Virus record (IMG/VR): IMGVR_UViG_2667527959_000010
Coordinates: 1 to 16,565 of that record
Source: a virus
Lineage: Duplodnaviria > Heunggongvirae > Uroviricota > Caudoviricetes
Length of the DNA stretch: 16,565 nucleotides
Reading direction: 5' to 3' (one strand)
Both the position numbers and the translations under genes were made by a program. This document shows, one piece after another, positions 1 through 8,312 of the stretch (within the stretch, counting starts at the first letter, position 1; each line of letters starts with the position of its first letter). The notes below the pieces were generated by a model. It was not told where the DNA came from and ran no database searches. It saw only the letters and a program-made list of their open reading frames with translations.

Positions 1-46
1 AGCTCCATCAGCAAAAGGGGATGATAAGTTTATCACCACCGACTAT

Positions 47-709
47 TTGCAACAGTGCCTCGACGGGACCAAATACAGGAATGTCTGGGTTGTTGGTGAT
101 CTGCATGGTTGCTACACCAGACTGATGTCCGAACTCCATCGTGTGGATTTTGACCCGGCGCAGGATTTACTGATATCGGTCGGCGACCTTATCGATCGCG
201 GCACCGAAAATGTTAAATGCCTGGAGCTATTGCAGATGCCATGGTTCAGAGCGGTTATGGGCAACCATGAGCGGCTGATGATTGATGCGTTAAGTCCTGA
301 TGGCAACGTGAATAACTGGCTAATGAATGGCGGTCAATGGTTCTTCATGCTGGACGCTGATCAGGAAATATTAGCCAGGGCGCTGGTGGAGTTGGTAAGA
401 CGACTGCCCTATATCATTGAGTTGAACACCGGGCAAGAAACTATCGTTATAGCTCATGCCGACTATCCGGATAATGAATATCAATTCGGTAAGGAGGTGC
501 CGCTTTTCAATGTTGTCTGGGCGCGCGAGCGTATCAGTGATTCGATGGATGATATTGGTGGCGAAATTTCGGGCGCAGATCGTTTTATCTTTGGTCACAC
601 TCCGGTGAAAAGCCCGAAGACATTCTGGAATCAGCATTATATCGACACTGGTGCCGTATTTTGCGGAAACCTGACATTGATGAAAGTGAAAGGTGATGGT
701 GCAGCATGA
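47..709 (+). CDS. Serine/threonine protein phosphatase, PPP family (lambda phosphatase-like)
   Basis: 220 aa with PPP metallophosphatase motifs GDLHGC, GDLIDRG, GNHE and HADYP, and an N-terminus that aligns with lambda phosphatase as recalled. Only in-frame start after the upstream stop at 26-28 is TTG at 47, with no clear SD, so the start is uncertain. May correspond to a P1 phosphatase gene by position (from memory, unverified). Confidence 0.85.
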   Translation: MQQCLDGTKYRNVWVVGDLHGCYTRLMSELHRVDFDPAQDLLISVGDLIDRGTENVKCLELLQMPWFRAVMGNHERLMIDALSPDGNVNNWLMNGGQWFFMLDADQEILARALVELVRRLPYIIELNTGQETIVIAHADYPDNEYQFGKEVPLFNVVWARERISDSMDDIGGEISGADRFIFGHTPVKSPKTFWNQHYIDTGAVFCGNLTLMKVKGDGAA

Positions 710-1407
710 AGATTGCTTTAGTTCTTCGCTCTGGTGGTGACTATAACGCTTCCGATGTGCAGTGGCTGGTTAATCAACTGCCAAAAGGCTATGAAATTAT
801 TTGCCTGACAGACCTGAAGCGTTTACATGTGCCAGGCGTTAAGGTTGTCCCATTAATCAACCAGTGGCAAAAGTGCCGTGGCTGGTGGGCGAAAATCGAG
901 TTGTTCCGACCTGATATAACCGATGATCTGTTCTATCTGGATTTGGACACGGTTATTGCCGGTGATATACGCCCAATTCTTGAGAATCCACCAACCAACT
1001 TCACCATGCTTAGGGATTTTTACCATCCACAATATCGTGGCAGCGGTGCTCTGTGGATACCAAATAGTGTAAAAGCGCATATCTGGAGTGCATTCTGGCA
1101 AGATCCGGAAGGTTGGATTGCTCGTTGTGTTACAACTGAGTGCTGGGGGGATCAGGGGTTCTTGCGGAAGGTTATGGGCGATGACACACCAGCATTTCAG
1201 GATCTGTATCCAGGATGGTTTGTAAGTTACAAGGCCGATGTTGTGGAACCTGGTTCAAAATATGCGAGCGCGCGTTACTCCAGGGGGAATGGGACATTAC
1301 CAAAGGACTGCCGAATAATCTTTTTCCACGGCAAACCGCGGCCTCGCGAAGTGTCAGAGGATTGGCTTCCCCTCATTAGCTCGTTTTTTGAGCGAGAATT
1401 AGAATAA
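706..1407 (+). CDS. Hypothetical protein, 233 aa, with DxD-like motif (YLDLDTV)
   Basis: Long ORF whose ATG overlaps the phosphatase stop (ATGA), suggesting translational coupling. N-terminus [11 protein letters not shown] and LDLDT resemble a nucleotide-sugar transferase fold, but this is only a weak motif impression. Confidence 0.6.
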   Translation: MKIALVLRSGGDYNASDVQWLVNQLPKGYEIICLTDLKRLHVPGVKVVPLINQWQKCRGWWAKIELFRPDITDDLFYLDLDTVIAGDIRPILENPPTNFTMLRDFYHPQYRGSGALWIPNSVKAHIWSAFWQDPEGWIARCVTTECWGDQGFLRKVMGDDTPAFQDLYPGWFVSYKADVVEPGSKYASARYSRGNGTLPKDCRIIFFHGKPRPREVSEDWLPLISSFFERELE

Positions 1408-1408
1408 T

Positions 1409-1425
1409 ATTGCTCTAATAATTCA
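1409..1425 (+). promoter_or_regulatory. C1 repressor operator-like site (ATTGCTCTAATAATTCA)
   Basis: 14/17 match to the P1 C1 operator consensus ATTGCTCTAATAAATTT, with the first 13 positions identical. Overlaps the stop codon of the upstream ORF. Confidence 0.6.
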
Positions 1426-1436
1426 ATATTTTTAAT

Positions 1437-1464
1437 ACGTGATGTACACTCATCACGTTTTTTA
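1437..1464 (+). terminator. Rho-independent terminator-like hairpin
   Basis: Perfect 8-bp stem ACGTGATG/CATCACGT with 6-nt loop, followed by TTTTT(A)TT. Sits immediately after the phosphatase/233-aa operon. Confidence 0.55.
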
Positions 1465-1474
1465 TTAGAGCAAT
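1458..1474 (-). promoter_or_regulatory. C1 repressor operator-like site, inverted orientation
   Basis: Reverse complement reads ATTGCTCTAATAAAAAA, 14/17 to consensus. Forms an inverted pair with the 1409-1425 site and overlaps the terminator T-tract. Confidence 0.55.
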
Positions 1475-1488
1475 CCATAAGGTGCACT

Positions 1489-1707
1489 ATGTGGCCATTC
1501 CGACGGAAATATCACTACTGGCTGATCGCCTTTGTTACACCGTCCGGCGATATCAGGCATGTCATCACCCGGTATCGCAACAAGAGACTCACCTTAGCCA
1601 GAATTTTACAGGCTGCCATTGGTGAGGGACTGGATACAAATTGCGTAGTCCTTCCACCTTCATACTTAGGAAAAATGACCGAAGCACAAGCTAATACGGA
1701 ACTTTGA
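1489..1707 (+). CDS. Hypothetical protein, 72 aa
   Basis: ATG at 1489 preceded by SD AAGGTG (1479-1484) at 4-nt spacing. Stop TGA at 1705-1707 lies one base before the ATG of the next ORF, suggesting coupling. No recognisable motifs. Confidence 0.55.
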   Translation: MWPFRRKYHYWLIAFVTPSGDIRHVITRYRNKRLTLARILQAAIGEGLDTNCVVLPPSYLGKMTEAQANTEL

Positions 1708-1708
1708 A

Positions 1709-2971
1709 ATGAGCACTTCAGCACAAAACCAATCAATCGAAAATGTATCTATCCCTGACGTCCTGAATGCCGGTATCCCGGCCATTATTCAGAACATCCG
1801 AGCCGCGCAACGCCGCGTTAGTTGTGATGACCTCACAGCACGTTTTTTTGATAATGCGGTTCAGTCAGCTGAGATGCTTCACGCACAGCTTATTGATGTT
1901 TATAACGCAGAAGCTGATAGCCATAACGACCTGGTAGATGCAGCTGAAAATATGCAGTTGGATCTCGGTCTGAAGGGTAAAGAAATTGAAGATCTTCAGC
2001 TGCAAATTGAGCATTTGAAACGCCAGCAACAGGATGCCATCGACGATGCGACGCATGACGCCAACCAGCGTGCTGATAATGCCGAACGTATAAGCATTGA
2101 GTTGGAAACAAAACTCAATGAAATGACCGCTATGGTTGAGCTGCGGAATTCACAGATTTCAACACTAAAATCTCAATATAAAGAGATCATGAAACTTGAT
2201 CCTTTTAACCTTGAGAAACGTTATAACAAAGCCAAAAGCGAGCGCCAGGAACTGCGTAAGCAGGTCGCCGACCTTAACCAACAGCTCAAAAAGGCTATTA
2301 AAGATGCAAGCGAGGCGCGCGTGGCATTTGCTAATAAAAAAGCAGAGGTTACCGAGCTGGTTAATGAAAATGCTAAATTTGCGATGCTCAAGAAGGAAAT
2401 GTATGGCATTACTGAGCGCCGTTTTCCTGCAAGCAAACTCCATCCGACGTTAGGGCAAATCTCATTCTTCCCGCGCCTCCTGGCTTATGGAATCTCATCG
2501 CCTAAAGAGTTCAATAACGAGCGTCCTTATATCGTTTCTAAGCTGGACTTTGCTTATCAGTTCTGCTGTGACATGGGCTATGCCATTGATATCCGTATCA
2601 ACGAATGGTTGATGCCAAACTTCCAGCCGTTGGCCATTTTCCGCGAGTTCCAGCCGGAAGGTTGGGTAGAGTTCTTCCATGAAATGATCTGTAAAGAGAT
2701 GGAAAGCCGCCGCCCGGAACTGGTCCGCCGTGTCGAGTGGGCGCAAGAGGTTATGTTGGCAGATGCAGAGCTACCGTTCGAACCGGAATTCATTGATGAA
2801 CTGGCCAATAAAGGGCTGCATAGCCTATTTGATGTAGTTACCCGCCGTCATGAGCAGTTGGTTGTTGAATTGGGTTTAGAAGAAACTGCGGCAAGAAGAC
2901 TTCTCGATGTTTGCTATGCACGTAGCGATGCATGGGAAAAAGAGAACGGCGGTACTATTTACGTTCGCTGA
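1709..2971 (+). CDS. Hypothetical protein, 420 aa, N-terminal coiled-coil-like region and C-terminal globular domain
   Basis: Long uninterrupted ORF followed by a strong terminator. The N-terminal ~230 aa are rich in E/K/Q/L heptad-like sequence (e.g. LQLQIEHLKRQQQ, ELRKQVADLNQQLKK); the C-terminal ~190 aa are Cys/aromatic-containing with no motif I can assign. Confidence 0.8.
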   Translation: MSTSAQNQSIENVSIPDVLNAGIPAIIQNIRAAQRRVSCDDLTARFFDNAVQSAEMLHAQLIDVYNAEADSHNDLVDAAENMQLDLGLKGKEIEDLQLQIEHLKRQQQDAIDDATHDANQRADNAERISIELETKLNEMTAMVELRNSQISTLKSQYKEIMKLDPFNLEKRYNKAKSERQELRKQVADLNQQLKKAIKDASEARVAFANKKAEVTELVNENAKFAMLKKEMYGITERRFPASKLHPTLGQISFFPRLLAYGISSPKEFNNERPYIVSKLDFAYQFCCDMGYAIDIRINEWLMPNFQPLAIFREFQPEGWVEFFHEMICKEMESRRPELVRRVEWAQEVMLADAELPFEPEFIDELANKGLHSLFDVVTRRHEQLVVELGLEETAARRLLDVCYARSDAWEKENGGTIYVR

Positions 2972-2990
2972 TAGTTACAGTGTCACTTTT

Positions 2991-3025
2991 AATGCTGGTG
3001 GAGTGCGTCCCACCAGCATTTTTTT
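2991..3025 (+). terminator. Rho-independent terminator
   Basis: 11-bp perfect stem AATGCTGGTGG/CCACCAGCATT with 8-nt loop, followed by a T-run at 3021-3025. Lies 20 nt after the stop of the 420-aa ORF. Confidence 0.7.
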
Positions 3026-3044
3026 CGTCCAATGAGGAGGGCAT

Positions 3045-3551
3045 TTGAGTATTTTCAACCAACACGCACACCATGAACGTCCGTATATCGTCATAGTTGA
3101 TATTGATGGAACAATATCAGAGGCAACTGAAGACAGACTGCATTTGCTTCCGCCACCAGGTAAAGGTGCATTAACAAAGGACTGGAACGAGTTTAATCTC
3201 GCCTGTGACACTGATACTCCCATAACTCCAGTTATTGATATTGTGCGCCAGTTATATAACGTTTACACGGTCTGGTTTGTAACCGGGCGCTGTGAGATCG
3301 CAAGGGATAAAACATGAGCCTGGCTGCGAAAGTACGTAACAAACGGGGATGAGCCTTTGCTATCTATGCGTCCTGCCACCGATGACAGAAATGACGGTCC
3401 AGCAAAGATTGATCTCCTTAAGAAAATTGGTCTAAGCAAAATTGCGTTCGCGCTGGAAGATAAGATTGAAGTGGCGCGTGTTTTCAGGCGTCACGGCGTG
3501 CTTACGTTAATGGTCAGGGAGTATGAAAACGCGCTTCTTCATCAGCAATAA
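3045..3551 (+). pseudogene. HAD-superfamily phosphatase (polynucleotide 3'-phosphatase/Pnkp-like domain) interrupted by a single in-frame TGA at 3315-3317
   Basis: ORFs 3045-3317 and 3357-3551 are in the same frame, separated only by one TGA and 13 sense codons. The joined product has HAD motif I IVIVDIDGT, motif II-like WFVTGR, and a C-terminal K/DD region resembling the T4 Pnkp phosphatase domain as recalled. TTG start with strong SD GAGGAGG (3034-3040). Confidence 0.6.
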
Positions 3552-3567
3552 TTGCTCTAATAAATCT
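3551..3567 (+). promoter_or_regulatory. C1 repressor operator (ATTGCTCTAATAAATCT)
   Basis: 16/17 match to the C1 operator consensus. Overlaps the TAA stop of the phosphatase ORF and a TTGATA -35-like hexamer (3567-3572); a GAAAAT -10-like hexamer follows at 3590-3595. Confidence 0.7.
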
Positions 3568-3589
3568 TGATATTTAAAGCAGAGAAGGT

Positions 3590-3623
3590 GAAAATAAAAA
3601 CATGCCGCAAGGGGCGCGGCATG
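3590..3623 (-). terminator. Hairpin with T-tract on the minus strand (possible terminator for leftward transcripts)
   Basis: Perfect 8-bp stem CATGCCGC/GCGGCATG (3601-3623) with 7-nt loop. On the minus strand it is followed by TTTTTATTTT; on the plus strand it is not followed by a U-tract. Confidence 0.45.
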
Positions 3624-3651
3624 TATCAAATCAATCACAGGAGCTGAAGAT

Positions 3652-3738
3652 ATGAACACGGCATTCAAAATCATTATGGCCGCGATCTATTTCTGGCTGT
3701 TCTCTATCACTTTTGGCAGCATTGTCGCGCATGGGTAA
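3652..3738 (+). CDS. Candidate small hydrophobic peptide, 28 aa (MNTAFKIIMAAIYFWLFSITFGSIVAHG)
   Basis: ATG at 3652 with SD AGGAG (3639-3643) at 8-nt spacing. Product is predicted to be a single hydrophobic helix. Too short for the supplied ORF track; sits downstream of a C1-operator-overlapped promoter-like sequence. Confidence 0.35.
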   Translation: MNTAFKIIMAAIYFWLFSITFGSIVAHG

Positions 3739-3772
3739 GGGGAGTATATTAGCCATTTGGAACCCCACGGTC

Positions 3773-3802
3773 TCTTGCGGGTTTAATTAAGAACCCGCAA
3801 GA
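3773..3802. other. Stem-loop at the hsdR 3' end (11-bp stem TCTTGCGGGTT/AACCCGCAAGA, 8-nt loop)
   Basis: Perfect inverted repeat 15 bp from the hsdR stop codon. The A-run lies 3' on the plus strand and the T-run 5' on the minus strand, so it is not a canonical intrinsic terminator in either direction. Confidence 0.4.
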
Positions 3803-3817
3803 AAAATACGAATTGGG

Positions 3818-6800
3818 CTATATTTTTCCGCCTACGCCTTTAAACTTCTCAATAAACGAGACGATTTTCTGGAAAACTGCCTGTTTTTTCGTTTTATATT
3901 GCGGATTCAACGGACTAAGTTTTGGTAATGTTTCGTTTAATTCTGTGCCATTTTCGGTGGCGTATTCGCGTTTTAAAGACGTGCGAATATAGCGTTTTGC
4001 TGCATCTTCATTAAGATTTTCTTCTTTTATCAATGCTTCTGCTTCACGTTGCTGTTCGCGTTGAGCAAACGTAAAGAATGCGTCAATGATGCTGGCTTTG
4101 TCCGGTAAATCATCCAGGTTCGTTTGCTGAATAAAATCGACCACCAGGCCCTCTTTAGCACGGTTCCCTAGGCTTGAACGAATTAAGCGTTTGACCTCTT
4201 CGATCATTTCGCCCTTGCCTTTATTTTGTCTGTTGTGTTCGAAAATCAGTCCAAGGATATAATCCAGGTTTATTTCCTGAGACTTCAGCAAATCGACCTC
4301 AAAAACTACGTCATCCCAGTCAGTGGTTGATTTCTCTTTTTTCTCAGCTTCTTTCTCACGGCGCTGCCAGTCGCGAATATCGTTATAGGCAGAACGATAA
4401 TCCTGAATCTTGCGATCAGCAGGGAGACGAATTGTTTGCAATTCAGCGAGCTTTTCATCATCCACATAATGTTCTGCTTTGAATTTTTCTACTGCAACAG
4501 GATCGCTAAGATCGATTTGTTGCAGGGCTTTCAGCGTGGCAAATTCATCATAGTTTTGCAGGATGTTCTCGGTACGCAGGTATTCACCAAACAGTTTAAC
4601 GAAGTCTTTCTTCTCTTTTTCACTTTCAATACTGGTAGGGTCAGGGAACCGTTGTTCCAGTTCTGAAACTACTGTCATGAAGCCGCGTTTAGCTTCACCA
4701 GTGGCAGCATCAGTAAAGCCTTCCATATACTCTGCATAACTCTTTTCTAAAACCACATTTTTGGTATTTTTGTCACCAAACAGCGTTATGGCATCAATAG
4801 TTGAGCGTTCCAGATCCCGGAAAGTGACGATATTACCGAAGGTTTTAGTTGCATCATAAATACGGTTGGTGCGGGAAAATGCCTGCATCAAGCCGTGAAA
4901 ACGCAGGTTTTTATCGACGAATAGCGTGTTCAATATTGGAGCATCGAAGCCAGTTAAAAACATCCCCACGACAATTAACAGATCGATATCCTGATTTTTA
5001 ACCCGCTGGGCTAAATCACGATAGTAGTTCTGAAAACCGTTACTGTCGGTGCTGAAGTTAGTTTTAAAATAGCTGTTATACTCACGAATTGCAGCATCAA
5101 GAAACTCTTTAGCACTGCTGTCCATTGCGCTGGTATCAAAAGTTTCATCGGAAATTTCACCAATGGCATTTTGTTCTTCATTGGCAGCAAAGGAGAAGAT
5201 TGTCGCAATATGCAGCGGTTTATAGGTGGCCGATTTATTAGCTGCTTCCTCTTGTAACCGTTTAAACGTCGCGTAATAGGCTTTTGCAGCATCCACGCTG
5301 CTCACTGCCAACATAGCATTAAAACCTTTTGAGCCAGGGAAGGTACGGTGGGTTTTCTGGCGGAAATTATTCAGAATATATTGCGTGATTTCCTGAATAC
5401 GCATGGGATGAAGAAACGCCTGCTGATTTTCAGCCGCACTCAGTTTTTTCTCGTCAGTTTCTGTCTCTAAAGACTTAAACTGTGGCCGCACATCGTTGTA
5501 GTCCACCTTGAATTTGAGCACTTTTTCGTCACGAATCGCATCGGTAATTACATACGAATGCAATTCACGACCAAATACGCTGGCGGTTGTTTCTGAGCCT
5601 AAGGCGTTTTCCGGGAAAATAGGGGTGCCGGTAAAACCAAACTGATAATAGCGTTTGAATTTCTTCTTCAGGTTTTTCTGCGCTTCTCCAAACTGGCTGC
5701 GGTGGCATTCATCAAATATAAACACCACTTGCTGATTATATACAGGCAGGTCGCTTTCTGCTTTCATCAGGTTATTGAGTTTCTGAATAGTAGTGACGAT
5801 AATTTTGTTATCGTCCTTATCCAGATTTCGTTTAAGGCCTGCGGTATTTTCCGAGCCGTTGACGCTGTCTGGCGAAAAACGCTGATATTCCTTCATGGTC
5901 TGGTAATCGAGGTCTTTCCTGTCGACCACGAAGAAGACTTTATCAATAAAGTCCAGCTCTGTTGCCAGACGCGCGGCTTTAAAGCTGGTGAGGGTTTTAC
6001 CAGAACCGGTAGTGTGCCAGATATACCCACCGCTTTCCGGTTTTGACCAGTTCTTCGCTGTAAAGGAGCTCTTAATTTTCCACAGAATGCGCTCGGTGGC
6101 AGCAATCTGGTACGGTCGCATCACCAGTAGCGTCTGACTGCTGTCAAAAACGCTGTAGTTCACCAGAACATTAAGCAGAGTATGTTTCTGGAAAAAGGTA
6201 GCGGTAAAATCTTTGAGGTCTTTAATCAGCGTGTTGTCTGATTTCGCCCAGTTCATGGTGAAGTCAAAACTGTTTTTATCGCGCTTTGTTGTGTTGGCAA
6301 AATAACGGGTATCGGTGCCGTTAGAAATGACAAACAGTTGCAGATACTTAAACAGGGAATTTTCGCTGTTAAAACTCTCTTTACTGTAACGATGTATCTG
6401 GTTGAAAGCCTCACGAATCGCCACGCCGCGCTTTTTCAGTTCGATTTGTACCAGTGGTAAGCCATTAACCAGGATCGTGACGTCATAACGGTTAGCATGA
6501 GAACCCGTCTGTTCAAACTGCTGGATAATCTGCACCTTATTGCGCATGAGATTCTTTTTATCTATCAAATAGATGTTCTCAAGTCGCTCGTCATCAAAAA
6601 TAAAGTCGCAAATATAGTCGATATGGATTTTACGGGTCTTATCCAGAATGCCATCGCTCGGGTTGTCCAGATACTGCTCCGTGAAACGCCGCCACTCGCT
6701 GTCATTAAACACCACACCATTGAGGCTCTGAAGCTGTTCCCGAACATTGGACAGCATAGCCGACTGAGATTTTACGGATATAAATTCATAGCCCTGATTC

Positions 6801-6934
6801 CGCAGGTCCTGAATCAGTTCACGTTCCAGGTCCGATTCGCTCTGGTAGCTGTCGCCTGTTTGCTCAGCTTTGATGTACTTATCAAGGACGATAAAGTTAT
6901 TGGATTCAGCAATGGTGTGTGTTTGATGAGTCAT
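3818..6934 (-). CDS. hsdR: Type I restriction enzyme R subunit (HsdR), type IC-like
   Basis: 1038 aa. Walker A TGSGKT, DEAH-box FDECHR, and an N-terminal PD-(D/E)xK-like nuclease motif (D...IELKK). Length matches EcoR124I HsdR as recalled. SD AAGGA upstream of the ATG at 6934. Confidence 0.95.
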   Translation of the reverse strand: MTHQTHTIAESNNFIVLDKYIKAEQTGDSYQSESDLERELIQDLRNQGYEFISVKSQSAMLSNVREQLQSLNGVVFNDSEWRRFTEQYLDNPSDGILDKTRKIHIDYICDFIFDDERLENIYLIDKKNLMRNKVQIIQQFEQTGSHANRYDVTILVNGLPLVQIELKKRGVAIREAFNQIHRYSKESFNSENSLFKYLQLFVISNGTDTRYFANTTKRDKNSFDFTMNWAKSDNTLIKDLKDFTATFFQKHTLLNVLVNYSVFDSSQTLLVMRPYQIAATERILWKIKSSFTAKNWSKPESGGYIWHTTGSGKTLTSFKAARLATELDFIDKVFFVVDRKDLDYQTMKEYQRFSPDSVNGSENTAGLKRNLDKDDNKIIVTTIQKLNNLMKAESDLPVYNQQVVFIFDECHRSQFGEAQKNLKKKFKRYYQFGFTGTPIFPENALGSETTASVFGRELHSYVITDAIRDEKVLKFKVDYNDVRPQFKSLETETDEKKLSAAENQQAFLHPMRIQEITQYILNNFRQKTHRTFPGSKGFNAMLAVSSVDAAKAYYATFKRLQEEAANKSATYKPLHIATIFSFAANEEQNAIGEISDETFDTSAMDSSAKEFLDAAIREYNSYFKTNFSTDSNGFQNYYRDLAQRVKNQDIDLLIVVGMFLTGFDAPILNTLFVDKNLRFHGLMQAFSRTNRIYDATKTFGNIVTFRDLERSTIDAITLFGDKNTKNVVLEKSYAEYMEGFTDAATGEAKRGFMTVVSELEQRFPDPTSIESEKEKKDFVKLFGEYLRTENILQNYDEFATLKALQQIDLSDPVAVEKFKAEHYVDDEKLAELQTIRLPADRKIQDYRSAYNDIRDWQRREKEAEKKEKSTTDWDDVVFEVDLLKSQEINLDYILGLIFEHNRQNKGKGEMIEEVKRLIRSSLGNRAKEGLVVDFIQQTNLDDLPDKASIIDAFFTFAQREQQREAEALIKEENLNEDAAKRYIRTSLKREYATENGTELNETLPKLSPLNPQYKTKKQAVFQKIVSFIEKFKGVGGKI

Positions 6935-7055
6935 AGCGCATCCTTTGTGCCGCCTGGCAAGGGCCGGAAGGGCGTTAAGAGTGACTTCCGGCGCGTAAAA
7001 AATAGTCTATATACAGACCGGGTGTTAAGGTGGCCCGGTCGGTAGCAATGGTCAA

Positions 7056-8312
7056 TTAATTACTGACAGTTTCAGGTGTTGGGAAACTGAACAGTAAATC
7101 ACGATAGTACTCGTATTGTTTCTGGCGCAACTCGATTTCACGCGGAAGACCTTCGGTGATGGAGTTGGTCAGGGTGTCGAATTTATCGAGCAGAGCAGAT
7201 ATTCGCTCTTGTTTCTGTTTATCAGGCAATGGCACTGGTAATGTTTTTATAATATCTGCATTCAAGTTACTGACCGACCCGCTATTGATTTTACTTTCCC
7301 AATAATTTTTCACCTTTTTTGATGAAAGATAGTGATACAGATAATCAGCATTTAATTTTTCACCAAAATTGCTGATTGATGCCCATCCATCATGGATAGC
7401 TCCGGTTATCCTTAAAATATATGGTCTGCCAAAGCTCATAGAGTTAGAAATGACGAAATCACCGGGGTTCAAGATTCGCGATTTTTGGGCACCCTCTGCA
7501 GTTATTTTTTGTAAGGTTTTGTCAATGTATTTAGAGCCGGGTATAGTATCTCCGATTTTAATCCATGGGATACCATTTCCTTGTTCAGTAAGATAATTAA
7601 CAATTGGTCTGGGGGATGCCCCTCGTTGTATTTTGGCTACTTCTCCCAATGCCTTCCACTCAACCTCACCCTCATCAAAACTCAGCAATTGGTCGCGATA
7701 GTAGTTGTACTGTTTTTTACGCATGTTAAGCTCAGCGGTAAGCTCAGCGGTAAGTGCAGTAAATTTATCCAGAATCCGAACGATTTCAGACTGGATGGCA
7801 AGGGATTTTTCCGGATTATCCGGGCAAGGGATTGGGATGAGTAGTTTTGACATCAATGCATTTGAGCTTAGGTTCGGTTGTGCTCCGCCCCCGGCGAGGA
7901 TATAAATAGTCTCTGTATTTAACAATAAAAAATGGTATAAATAATTATTGTTTAGAATATTTTCTTTGGGTATGAATTTCCCAACCCGTTGGTTAAGATA
8001 ACATTTTGTTCCTTTTTTATAAATTCCTACCTTTCCTGTAGTGGCACCTGACATTGCAATCAATATATTTCCCATAGATACCTCAAAGGAGGATAAATCT
8101 TCCTTGTAATCATTTAGTGAAAAGTATTTCACCTCATCTAAGTCAACATTAAATCCATCTATATTTGTGATTCTGACTATCGGTAACCCAGTTTCTTTAA
8201 ATAAGCTGCTTTTAAATGCAAATCCATTTTTAAAATCACAAACATCCTTCAAGGGTTTCCACTCAACCTCAACCCCATCCAGCAATTTTTCCAGATAACT
8301 TAACTCGCTCAT
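7056..8312 (-). CDS. hsdS: Type I restriction-modification specificity subunit (HsdS), type IC-like
   Basis: 418 aa with two variable target-recognition regions separated by the conserved central region ...[33 protein letters not shown], and a C-terminal conserved repeat ...[36 protein letters not shown], as in the EcoR124I/EcoDXXI family. Confidence 0.95.
   Translation of the reverse strand: MSELSYLEKLLDGVEVEWKPLKDVCDFKNGFAFKSSLFKETGLPIVRITNIDGFNVDLDEVKYFSLNDYKEDLSSFEVSMGNILIAMSGATTGKVGIYKKGTKCYLNQRVGKFIPKENILNNNYLYHFLLLNTETIYILAGGGAQPNLSSNALMSKLLIPIPCPDNPEKSLAIQSEIVRILDKFTALTAELTAELNMRKKQYNYYRDQLLSFDEGEVEWKALGEVAKIQRGASPRPIVNYLTEQGNGIPWIKIGDTIPGSKYIDKTLQKITAEGAQKSRILNPGDFVISNSMSFGRPYILRITGAIHDGWASISNFGEKLNADYLYHYLSSKKVKNYWESKINSGSVSNLNADIIKTLPVPLPDKQKQERISALLDKFDTLTNSITEGLPREIELRQKQYEYYRDLLFSFPTPETVSN
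7730..7753 (-). repeat. Tandem 12-bp repeat (2 copies) encoding TAEL-TAEL in the HsdS central conserved region
   Basis: GCTCAGCGGTAA x2 on the plus strand, which is ACCGCTGAGCTT x2 in the coding sense. A degenerate partial third unit follows. Confidence 0.8.

Noticed and set aside
21-125. ATG at 21 as an alternative start for the phosphatase
   Set aside because: It is out of frame with the phosphatase ORF and terminates after about 35 codons. The phosphatase frame has a stop at 26-28, leaving TTG 47 as the only start unless the sequence has a frameshift.
1515-2443. Minus-strand ORFs overlapping the 72-aa and 420-aa genes (1515-1736, 1865-2056, 1890-2111, 2165-2443, 2221-2436)
   Set aside because: Antisense to the better-supported plus-strand genes, which have RBSs and terminators. 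No independent support.
3637-3756. About 39-codon minus-strand ORF antisense to the 28-aa hydrophobic ORF
   Set aside because: Hydrophilic, weak or absent SD, and boundaries uncertain by hand. An antisense RNA role is possible, but a protein product is not supported.
4436-6105. Several 70-114 aa ORFs on both strands inside hsdR (4436-4666, 5011-5292, 5702-6046, 5893-6105)
   Set aside because: They lie entirely within, and mostly antisense to, the well-supported 1038-aa hsdR reading frame, with no SD or motif support. Treated as spurious frames.
6963-6992. Hairpin GCCGGAAG/CTTCCGGC between hsdS and hsdR, considered as an intrinsic terminator
   Set aside because: No U-tract follows it on the minus (coding) strand. 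More likely an attenuator or operator-type structure near the hsdR promoter; left unannotated.
6497-7045. 182-aa plus-strand ORF spanning the hsdR 5' end and the hsdS-hsdR intergenic region
   Set aside because: Antisense to hsdR over most of its length, with low-complexity translation and no RBS. Incompatible with the hsdR promoter/RBS region.
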